Part shown: positions 40,501 through 51,595 of the stretch, piece after piece
Position numbering within the stretch: the first letter of the stretch is position 1
How the letters are laid out: every line of letters starts with the position of its first letter
Origin: Rhizophagus irregularis
Lineage: Eukaryota
Direction: 5' to 3'
NCBI RefSeq assembly: GCF_026210795.1
Contig: NC_089429.1
Coordinates: 4,836,001-4,900,000, forward strand
DNA: 64,000 bases
Program-made: the position numbers and the translations under genes
Notes under the pieces: generated by a model
Database searches by the model: none
Seen by the model: the letters and a program-made list of their open reading frames with translations, nothing else
Told to the model about the DNA's origin: nothing

Positions 40501-41212
40501 CTTTAATATACTAGATTCGATTTTTCATATCTTCATATCTCACTATTTTCAATTGGCTTGCATAGAATTGTGATTGATATATATATTGATTATTTCTTTA
40601 TTCTAGAATTTTTTATTTACCATACTCATTACATTCTCAAATATCCTATGATTATATTTCATTAATATGTACTTACTCGGTAGTAGAACACAACTTTAGA
40701 AATTCTCATCATATTATGTAAGATCCATACTACAGTTATATAATATAGAAAATATATGAAAATTTTTATTAGAGCAAAAGAGAAAATGTAACATTGTAAC
40801 TCTTTTTTAAAATAAATATTTTATAAAATGTATTATTTACAGTATAATCCATATATACTAGGAAACGGAAAAAGTCCGGAGCGATTTTATTGGGTAAGGA
40901 TAGAATTCACGTGAACAATCATTTTTCATCATATAGAATTTCTTTTCTTTGTTCCGGACAATTAGTAAAAGTTAAATGTTAATGTGAAAGTTAAATGTTA
41001 ATGAATATTTATTCTGACTTAGCGGATTAGCCTGATTAGGGTGGTACAGTACATTTAAAGTTAATAATAAATTAAATTATCAAAAATTGGTTATTTTTTA
41101 CAATACAAAACTTCGGATTATAGAAAATAAGCTCGTTGATATCAAAGTATAGTGTGTACTATAAATGGTTAAAAGAGAATATTAGACCGACTTAACTGAT
41201 TGGGTTTAACAT

Positions 41213-41270
41213 AATTAGCGATAGTATGCTTTTGGATGATAAATTAGCGATAGTATGCTTTTGGATGATA
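41213..41270. repeat. 29-bp perfect tandem duplication
   Basis: AATTAGCGATAGTATGCTTTTGGATGATA occurs twice in tandem. Confidence 0.85.
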
Positions 41271-41394
41271 AATTTCTGACGATCATCTTCCATATTTATT
41301 CACTTTTTCGCTCAATATGGAATTTGTTGTGCGATCTTCATACATTTTTTCATAGTTTCGGAAATGCACAACGTGAACTTTAATTGTTCAATTT

Positions 41395-41502
41395 TATATA
41401 GCTATGTTTTATAGCTATATAGCAATAGCAATTGCAATTGCTATTGCTATTGCTATTGCTATTGCTATTGCTATTGCTATTGCTATATAGCTATAGCTAT
41501 AG
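41395..41502. repeat. (TATTGC)n hexamer microsatellite with inverted copies
   Basis: ...atagctatatagcaatagcaattgcaattgctattgctattgct...tatatagctatag. Confidence 0.85.
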
Positions 41503-43528
41503 ACGTTAAATAGCAAAAAATATTGCTTTTACTAAATTGCTTCTTTTGATATCATTAGAATAAAATTACAAATTAAGTATTCCTGTGCCACTTTCATTGC
41601 ATGTTTAATTTAGTCATCAAATAATAGGATTTCACATCAAATTTGATTTAGATGATCTTCAAAGAAATAAAGCTACGAATATTTTTTTTTCTAAGCTAAA
41701 AAAAAAAACCCCAAAATATTGTGTTACATCTTTTTTTTTTGCAGGAAAAAAAAATTGGTTGGATAAAAAAAATATTGCGTCATAAATAGATCTTGGATTT
41801 TTTTTAAAAAAATCATTTTTCTTTCTTTTTTTAGAAAGAAACATCATTTTTTTTGATTATCATTATCCAATTACAATACTTATCATTATTTAATTCCCTT
41901 TTTTTTCGTTTTACTAAAAAAAAAAAAAAATTTTTTCTTGGAAGGAAACATTTTTATTAATATTTCCTTTTATTTTGTTATGTTCAGACAAGTTTGGATA
42001 GGTGGAAAGGTGAGTTTTGTAATAGTTTACTTTGTTACGAAACTTAGTATTTTTTATTAGAGAAATTTCTAGAAAAAATTAATTTTTTAATTTTTTTATT
42101 TTTTTGTAGGGTATTTGACTCTAATAAAAATTCTATAAACTTTTAAAAATAAAAACATTAACGTTTTTTTCTTTTTTTGTAAAGAAATCAACTGGATATC
42201 GGAATCTCAATAAGTTTCAAAATTTGAAACTTTTAAAAAAAAATGATGTTTTTCTTTATTTTTGTAGAGAAATTGGTTCCGATTTGGATACCAGATCTCC
42301 AATAGGTAAGTTTCGATTTGAAACTTTTAAAAAAAAATATTTTTTTTAATTTTTTTTTCTTCTATTTTGTAGATTTTGGCTCCGCATTGGATATATGGGT
42401 GAGTTTTGAGGTGAAAGCTTCAAAAAAAATTATTTTTAATTGTTTTGGCTTCCGGTTCCTAAGCATTGAATATATAGATGATAACTATGAAATTTTTTTA
42501 AAAAATTATTTGATTTTTTTTTCTTCTACTTTGTAGGTTTCGGCTTCTAGTTCTTGGACGTTAGATGGGTAAGTTTTGACTTCGGAACTTAAAAAAATTT
42601 TTTTTAATTTACTTATATTTTTTATTTATTTTGTAGGTTCAGCTTTCAGTTCTTGAACTTTGAGTATATAGGTGAGTTTTAGAACGAAAGAATTGAACCT
42701 TTTTTTTAAAAAAAAAATTTTTTTTTAATTTTTTTTTCCCTCTATTTTCTCTATTTTGTAGATCTTGGCTTTTGGTTCTTGGGTGTTAAGTATATAGATG
42801 AGTTTCAGAGTGAAAGAATCGAAGCTTTTTTTTTTTAAAAAAAAAATCAAATTTTTTTAAATTTTTTTCTTCTATTTTTGGCTTTCAGTTCTTAGGTGTT
42901 GAATATATAGGTGAGTTTCGGAGTGAAAGAGCTGAAACTTTTTTAAAATAAATTATTTATTTTGATTTTTTTTTTCTTCTATTTTGTAGGTTTGACTTTC
43001 GATTCTTGAGTGTTGAATATATAGGTGAGTTTCAGAGTGAAAGAGACGAAACTTTTTTAAAATAAATTATTTATTTTGATTGTTTTTTTCTTCTATTTTA
43101 TAAGTTCAGCTTTTGGTTCTTGGGTGTTGAATATATAGGTGAGTTTCAAAGCAAAAGAGCCGAAACTTTTTTAAAATAAATTATTTATTTTGATTTTTTT
43201 TTTCTTCTATTTTGTAGGTTCAGCTTTCAGTTCCTGGTGTTAAATATATAGGTGAGTTTTGGAATGAAAGAGCTGAAACTTTTTTTAAAATAAATTATTT
43301 ATTTTGATTTTTTTTTCTATTTTGTAGATTTCGGCTATCAGTTTTTGGGCGTTTGATATTGGTGAGTTTCGAAGTGAAACCTTTGAAATTTTTTAAAAAA
43401 AAAATTTTTAATTTACTTATTTTTTTTTTATTTTGTAGGGTTTGACTTTCAGTTCTTGGATGTTTGTTATTGGTGAGTTTCGAAGCGAAAAAGCCAAAAC
43501 TTTTTTTAAAATAAATTAATTTATTTTA

Positions 43529-45938
43529 GGATTAATTTTACATTCACCTCCGGTGAATTTCACCTTGATCTGCAAATTATTAAAATTTTTAATTTTACAC
43601 CGGTGAAATTCACCAGGTGATTTGTACTACATACTTTTTACACGTTAGTTTTGAAAATAGATTTTTTATTTTTTTTGCTTGCTTTTTACTAACTTCGTCT
43701 TCTTTAGATAACAATAATTTCAAATAGTTTCAAGGAATTTAAGGTAAGATTTGCTTTCTTACTGTTTTATTGTTATTGTTTTTTTATTACTAAACAGTAG
43801 TTACAGTACTAATCAGTTTTTTATTCTTTTTATTCTCTATATCATTCCTTTTGCTTCCTCTTTGTTTTATCATCACTTTCTTATCACTTTCACCTTGTTT
43901 CTTTTATACTTTTATTATTACTTTCGCTCCTTCATTATCCCTTCTTTCCTTTTACATTCTTTCATCATCATTATCGCTTTCTCATCATCTATTTCGTCCC
44001 TTTACATTATTTCATCATTATTTTCGCTCCCTCATCATCTATTTCGTCCCTTTACATTTTTTCATCATCATTTTTACTCTCTCATCATCTATTTTGTTTC
44101 TTTACGTGTTTTCATCATCATTTTCACTCCCTCATCGTCTATTTCGTCCCTTTACATTTTTTAATCATCATTTTCACTCCTTCATCATCTATTTTATCTG
44201 TTTACGTTTTTTAATCATCATTTTCACCCTTCATCATCTATTTTGTTTGTTTATGTTTTTTCATCATCATTTTCACTCCCTCATCATCTATTTCGTCCCT
44301 TTACGTTATTTCATCATTATTTTCGCTCCCTCATCATCTATTTCGTCCCTTTACATTTTTTCATCATCATTTTCACTCCTTCATCATCTATTTTGTTTGT
44401 TTACATTATTTCATCATTATTTTCGCTCCCTCATCATCTATTTCGTCCCTTTACATTTTTTCATCATCATTTTTGCTCCCTCATCATCTATTTCGTCCCT
44501 TTATATTTTTTCATCATCATTTTCACTCCTTCATCATCTATTTTGTTTGTTTACGTTATTTCATCATTATTTTCGCTCCCTCATCATCTATTTCGTCCCT
44601 TTATATTTTTTCATCATCATTTTCACTCCTTCATCATCTATTTTGTTTGTTTACGTTTTTTCATCATCATTTTCACTCCCTTATCGTCTATTTCGTCCCT
44701 TTACATTTTTTGATCATCATTTTCACTCCTTCATCATCTATTTTATCTGTTTACGTTGTTTAATCATCATTTTCACTCCTTCATCATCTATTTTATTTGT
44801 TTATGTTTTTTCATCATCATTTTCACTCCCTCATCATCTATTTCGTCCCTTTACGTTATTTCATCATTATTTTTGCTCCCTCATCATCTATTTCGTCCCT
44901 TTATATTTTTTCATCATCATTTTCACTCCTTCATCATCTATTTTGTTTGTTTACGTTATTTCATCATTATTTTCGCTCCCTCATCATCTATTTTATCTGT
45001 TTACGTTTTTTAATCATCATTTTCACTCCCTCATCATCTATTTTGTTTGTTTACGTTTTTTCATCATCATTTTCACTCCCTCATCGTCTATTTCGTCCCT
45101 TTACATTTTTTGATCATCATTTTCACTCCTTCATCATCTATTTTATCTGTTTACGTTGTTTAATCATCATTTTCACTCCTTCATCATCTATTTTGTTTGT
45201 TTATGTTTTTTCATCATCATTTTCACTCCCTCATCATCTATTTCGTCCCTTTACGTTATTTCATCATTATTTTTGCTCCCTCATCATCTATTTCGTCCCT
45301 TTATATTTTTTCATTATCATTTTCACTCCTTCATCATCTATTTTGTTTGTTTACGTTATTTCATCATTATTTTCGCTCCCTCATCATCTATTTCATCCCT
45401 TTATATTTTTTCATCATCATTTTCACTCCTTCATCATCTATTTTGTTTGTTTACGTTTTTTCATCATCATTTTCACTCCCTCATCATCTATTTTGTCCCT
45501 TTACGTTTTTTCATCATCATTTTTACTCTCTCATCATCTATTTTGTTTCTTTACGTGTTTTCATCATCATTTTCACTCCCTCATTATCTATTTTGTTTCT
45601 TTACATGTTTTCATCATATTTTCGTTTCTTTATCATTACTTTTGCTCTCTTATCATCATTTTCACTCTTTTTACATTTTCATTATTATTTTCATTCTTTT
45701 ATCATTACCTTCACTCCTTCATTATCTATTCAAGTTTATTAAATCATTTGATTATTTAACAATTAGTACCAATAATGTATTATACTGTATATATGCATTG
45801 TGTTATAATTAGAGATGTTAAAAATTAAAAATTGTACTTTGTTCAAAAACGAGTTTTAATAAAAATAATTATAAATCACGTGATCTGGCAAAAATCACCT
45901 CCGGTGAATTTCACCTCTGGTGAGCGTTAAAATGATCC
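43529..45938. mobile_element. Non-autonomous Mutator-like element (MULE), 9-bp TSD
   Basis: Imperfect TIRs GGATTAATTTTACATTCACCTCCGGTGAATTTCACC versus rc GGATCATTTTAACGCTCACCAGAGGTGAAATTCACC; TTTATTTTA duplicated at 43520-43528 and 45939-45947; the host array resumes mid-intron. Confidence 0.85.
43930..45700. repeat. 50-bp minisatellite (about 35 copies) with a 400-bp higher-order duplication
   Basis: Unit TCATCATCTATTTCGTCCCTTTACRTTWTTTCATCAYYATTTTCRCTCCY; diagnostic variants at 44681-44770 recur at 45081-45170. Confidence 0.92.
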
Positions 45939-48223
45939 TTTATTTTAATCTTTTTTTTCTTCTATTTTGTAGATTTCAGCTTTCGGTTCTTGGTGTTAAA
46001 TATATAGGCGAGTTTCAGAACGAAAGAGCCAAAACTTTTTTTAAAATAAATTATTTATTTTGATTTTTTTTTCTTCTATTTTGTAGATTTCGGCTATCAG
46101 TTTTTGGGCGTTTAATATTGGTAAGTTTCGAAGCGAAACCTTTGAAATTTTTAAAAAAAAAATTTTTTAATTTACTTATTTTTTTTTTATTTTGTAGGTT
46201 TCAACTTTCGGTTCTTGGATGTTTGATATATAGGTGAGTTTTGGAGCGAAAGAGCCAAAATTTTTATTAAAATAAATTAATTTTAATTTTTTTTTCTTCT
46301 ATTTTGTAGGTTTCAGCTTTCGGTTCTTGGAAGTTTGATATATAAGTAAGTTTTGAAGTGAATGAGCTGAAGCCTTTTTAAAATAGATGATTATTTTAAT
46401 TTTTTCTTCTATTTTGTAGATTTCGGCTTTCAGTTCTTGGGCATTTGATATTGGTGAGTTTTGAAGTGAAAACTTTGAAACTTTTTTAAAAAATATTTTT
46501 TTTAATTTACTTGTTTTTTTATTTTGTAGGTTTTGGCTTTCAGTTCTTGGACGTTTATATATAGGTGAGTTTCGGAGTGAAAGAACTAAAACTTTTTTTA
46601 AAATAAATTATTTATTTAATTTTTTTTTTCTTCTATTTTGTAGGTTTCGGCTTTTTGTTCTTGGGTATTTGATATATAGGTAAGTTTCAGAGCGAAAGAG
46701 CTGAAACTTTTTTTAAGATAAATTAATTTATTTTAATTTTTTTTTCTTCTATTTTTGTAGATTTCGGCTTTCAGTTCTTATGCATTTGATTTAAAGGTAA
46801 ATTTCAAAGTTTTGTTTTCTTTTCAAAACTTTAAAAATTTTTTTTAATTTTATTTATTTGTTTTTTTATTTTGTAGTTATCGGTTGTAATATCCTTGGGC
46901 TTTGGATAGGTGAGTATTGAAGTTTTGCTTTCTTTTTGAAACTTTAAAAAAGATTTTTAATTTTATTTTATTTTATTTTATTTTATAGGTAATGGCTGCG
47001 ACATCTCATTGGGCTTTGGATCGGTAAGTTTCATTTTCTTTTCAAAACTTTTTTAATAAAAATTATTTTTTAAAACTTTCTTTTATTCTGTAGGTTTCAA
47101 CTGCAATATCTCCTTAAACTTTGGGTCAGTAAGTTTCAAAGTTTCGTTTTTTTCAAACTTTCAGAAAAATTTATAATTTTATTTATTTTTTTTATTTTGT
47201 AGGTATTGGCTGTGATATCTTTAGGCATTGAAATGGTAAGTTTTGAAGCAAATACTTCAAAACTTCTTAATAAAAATTGTTTTTTAATTTGACTCTTTCT
47301 TTATTTTCTAGGTTTCAGCTGCGATATCTTTGGATCTGTGAGATTCAAAGAATGCTCCAGAATTTTCTTTTTAAGGAAATTGACTCCAATTTGGATACCA
47401 TAAGTAAGTTTTGATTCAAAACTTTAAAAAAAGCTTTATTTTTATTATTTTTAATGTTACTTTTTCTTTTTGTAGGGAAATCAGCACCTGAATCCCAATA
47501 GTAGATCTTTTATGAATAATGCACGATTTTTGTAGGACTTTAGCTTCTATGGAATTTCTTATCTTTATTTGTTGTCTGTTGAAATCGAACCAACTGGAAC
47601 CAATATCCAAACCATTAACAACATGTAAATTTTTAGTAAAGGTGGAATTTTAATTATTAGCATACAGTAAATTATTATTATTTTTTTTTTTTGTAAATAC
47701 TTTTAATAAATGCTTTTAATAAATATGATAATGTTAGTTGTCACTTGTCATTAAATAATTTGAATCAAAAAAAAAAAATTAAATTTTTTCTGTTAGAGCA
47801 TTTTATAAACGCCAGTAAAATGCAACTTGATTTGATATCAACATTTCAATACACAAAATTAAACAATGGGGGACGAAGTCCCCCGCAAAACGCAATTTCT
47901 AGTTATAATTAAAAAAACATAAAATAAAATTGTAATGAGCTGCATTTATGTGCGTACTATAAATGGTTAAAAGAAAATATTAACTGATTTGGTTAACATA
48001 ATTATAATAACCATATGTGATATACAATAAAATAATCACTAAATTTAAGAAAAAACTTCTAATGTGTTTTAATATTTAGAAAAAAAATAACTTGTTACTT
48101 GGTAATTGTTTTATGGATATCACGATGAAATTAATATATATATAAATATATAAAATAAGCAATAATATATTTGTAAGAAAAAAATTAATGATATAATATT
48201 TCTATTTATATGTTCTAATTTTT

Positions 48224-49751
48224 TAATGAGGTTGAATTTGAAAGCGGCCAGGATATCTCAAACTACTACTGGATGAAGTTTTGATGGTAATTCCATTCTG
48301 ATACTTCTCGATACTTTGTACCATTGATCGTAAAAGAGCAAGTTCTCTTATTCATATCTAAATGAACTGTAATTTTTGTGCCTGAATTTGAAAGCGGCCA
48401 GGATATCTCAATACTACTACTGGATGAAGTTTTGATGGTAAATTCCATTCTGATACTTCTCGATACTTTGTACCATTGATCGTGAAAGAGCAAGTTCTCT
48501 TATTCATATCTAAATGAACTGTAATTTTTGTGCCATCTCCAAATGGAGAACAATAATCTATGCTAATTCCAGAATTACAAACATAACCGCAAGAACCTAA
48601 TACCCATACAGTAGACTGATTTTCTGCAGGATTTTCATAATTAAAATTTTCTGATGCACATATTCCAACCCAAGAATAAGAACAAGCTTTCTCAATAATA
48701 ACATCCCATTCAAAAATGCCTCTATTTCCTAAAGTTATCTTAGCTCTAACACTTTGGTGGCGATAGCTAGAAACTTTTATTGTTTGTACAATTTTTCCAT
48801 TATCCTTAATAATGAGCTTTGACCCACATGCTGTTTCATCCCAAACATAATCATTAATAGCTTTTCCACGAAAATCGCTTAAACTAAAATTACTTAATAA
48901 TTCTATATTTCGATAAGCACTACGAACTATTTCAGTTGGAATAATTCCTAATGGTTCAATGAAATTTGCTAATATATGAGTCTTAATCCTTTTGAAATCA
49001 ATATATTTAACCAAAGGTTCTAGTTCCTTAGTAACCTTTTGATGATCAATAAGAGGTTTATTTTCTACTTCAATTGAATTTTCAATCTGTTCTAAAGTTG
49101 GTAACCGTTCCATAAGATTTCTACATACATCATCAGAGACTTGTTTTGCTGCTAGAATAGCACTATATCGAAAAACTTCATACTCTTGTGTGGCGAATCG
49201 TGTTTCATTTTCATATGCAATTGATAAAAGATATTTAAGTCCTGTAATGGACAATCTACCAAACTCAATACTGTTTAATTGTATATTTGCTACTGTTTCA
49301 ACTAATAAATTGAGAATACTAATAATATTTTCTGTTAATGGCATTATTTTTATTTCTAATACTTTAGATAGTAACTCTGGAGAATAATCTTTTACGAAAT
49401 TAGTGCTCTTAATTGTTTTCATAATAAAATCTTGAAGATCTGATAACTGAAAATAATCTGCAGCGAAAAAGCTTCAATTATATTATCCTTTGTTAAATTT
49501 TCTTTTTTAACTGATCCAGTATAAATATATTCTAATATAATCTCCATTCCAGCAGAATTAATTTGTGGAAAAGAAATTTGGTTTTCATAAGTTTTCTTCA
49601 ACCCACTATAAAATACTACGGATCTTGCAGATAAAATTGTTCTACAAGCATATAATTTCTTTTCATCTTCGCATAAAATTTCTATATCACTATATTTTGG
49701 ATTATTTATTAATAATCTTAAATCTTGTTCTAGAGAAAGTCCTTTCGTCAT
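48224..49751 (-). pseudogene. BTB-SPRY probable pseudogene
   Basis: 1-bp frameshift near 49465, 4-codon deletion in BTB (ARSVVF----YSG), and a ~151-bp tandem duplication of the 3' end (48233-48382 / 48383-48534). Confidence 0.8.
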
Positions 49752-50193
49752 TTCTTAAATTTTTTTTGTTTTTATAAAACAAGAAATAAAACAATTACGG
49801 ATTGAAAGGCAATATTTATATAATTTATATTATTATGTCTGACATATGTTATTTAACTGCACCTTTTATCATTGCTAAAGCTGATTCATAGTAAAGTTAA
49901 ATGTTATGACTATTTGTCGTTTCAAATGAGCGAAATGACTAAATGACTCAACTGACTGCTTTGCAGAAATTTTTATAATCGAACCATATCATAACTAATT
50001 ATTATAGACCTTATAACCAAGATTTGGTCACAATATGGTTTCATATCGTCACAATAAATCGTATGTATAAGGTTGATGCATATTAAGGAGATCGACACCT
50101 GATTTAGGCGGGTCATACAAAAATTGTATCAAGATTAGTCACGTTATATTCAATTTATATTAGAAATATATTAAAGTTGTAATAAAATAAAAA

Positions 50194-50331
50194 GTTTGTG
50201 CAAAATTTGTGCCAAATGGGTTAATCATACGATATTTGTTTAGAATTTGTTTAAATTTTATATTATTTTTTAGTACAAATTTCGAATAAATGTTGTATGA
50301 TTAGCCCGTTTGGCACAAATTTAGCACAAAC
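50194..50331. repeat. Long imperfect inverted repeat (~57-bp arms), MITE-like foldback
   Basis: GTTTGTGCAAAATTTGTGCCAAATGGGTTAATCATACG... pairs with ...GTATGATTAGCCCGTTTGGCACAAATTTAGCACAAAC. Confidence 0.8.
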
Positions 50332-51595
50332 CTAATATATATAAAAGTTATATTTAATGCATATAAACAAGAAGTCGGGGGAGCTTGACATGCTTTTAAA
50401 AGATCTTTCAAGTGAAAGTTATTGTAAAAAAAAATGAAAATTCAATATACTTGATCTCTCCTTTATAAATAAGCTTCTTATAAATAAGCTTCGTTAAAAT
50501 AAATAAATTTTTTAAATCTAGCTTTTTTTTGAATAAAATGAATAAACAATGATGTTTTCTATTTATAATGAGTAAATTAAGTATAGAGAAATGGCAAATT
50601 TCAGTTTATTATAAGTTATAATAGTAAAATAGTAAAAATTTAAACGTCACCTAGGGGTTTTTTTCAAATATGTCATATGATGTACAATATATAGAGTAAA
50701 TTTATTAATCAGCTGACAGCTGATTTTTTTAACTTAGCTAATTTTTGATCGGCTAAACTTAAAATTTTATTGCAAAAGATATTTTAAAAAAAATTTTTTG
50801 CAAATATATTTATTCAAAATAATCATATCTAATTTATTTGCAAATATTAAAATTTAAGTCACACATTTACGATTTTAAAGAAAAAAATCACCATATTTTT
50901 AATGAATTTATACAAATAAAAGAAACAATCATAGCAATAAATAAATAGATAAGTAAGTTACAATGATCAAGAAGAAAGATGCTAATGAAAAAATGAAATT
51001 AACAATGGAGTAATGGAAAGTAATAGAAGATGAAAGGGAGTAAAAAAGAATACATCAGGAGATTAAATTGTGCGATTATATGCGTAGATTTATCAAATAT
51101 GTGTAATACCCGAGAATCTACACCTTAAAAAGAGTGTAAATACGCAATTATGTGTAATCTACACCTTAAAACATAGTTTCAGTTCACAACATTGTAACTG
51201 AAAGTTACTTTGCTAACAACCTAAAATTTTTTAAACTGAATGTATTGTAAAATTATTGCGGTTTTCAAAATGGTTGAAATCGATGTCGATCATGTAACAC
51301 AAAAAAAAATTTTATATACGAAAAAAAATTTTCGTTCTTTATATTTAAAGTCTAAATTTTTTATAGTTCTACTATATTTTTTTTTTTAATTGGTATTTTT
51401 ACTCTTTAACTCCAAGATCTCACTTGAATCACACTCGAATCACACTAGAATCACACTTAGATCACAGTGAATAAAAAAGACACTACACTAGAATCACACT
51501 ACAACTAAATTAACCAAAGTATTCTCAGTCCTCTTGGGAAGCAGTAAAATGGTATTTTATGGCACTACTTTACATATTTATGTGGAAATACTCTA

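Larger units (their letters stand above)
41990..47500 (+). repeat. Tandem array of ~120-bp intron/micro-exon units (about 28 units), interrupted by a MULE
   Basis: Repeated ...TTTTGTAG|(G/A)TTTCRGCTTTCRGTTCTTGG...ATATATAG|GT(G/A)AGTTT... with a T/A-rich spacer containing TTAAT and a pyrimidine tract. Confidence 0.85.
41390..47902 (+). mobile_element. Non-autonomous Helitron-like element (3' end at 47902; 5' end uncertain)
   Basis: GGGGGAC-GAA-GTCCCCC hairpin (47868-47884), 14 nt, then CTAG|T; no RepHel ORF; the interior is the intron/micro-exon array. Confidence 0.6.

Noticed and set aside
43751..45812. Long overlapping F/H/S/I-rich ORFs up to 420 aa
   Set aside because: Produced by a stop-poor 50-bp minisatellite (unit not a multiple of 3), open in all three frames.
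120..49751. Diversity-generating retroelement as source of SPRY variation
   Set aside because: No reverse transcriptase or template repeat in the window; variation includes indels and does not appear adenine-restricted.
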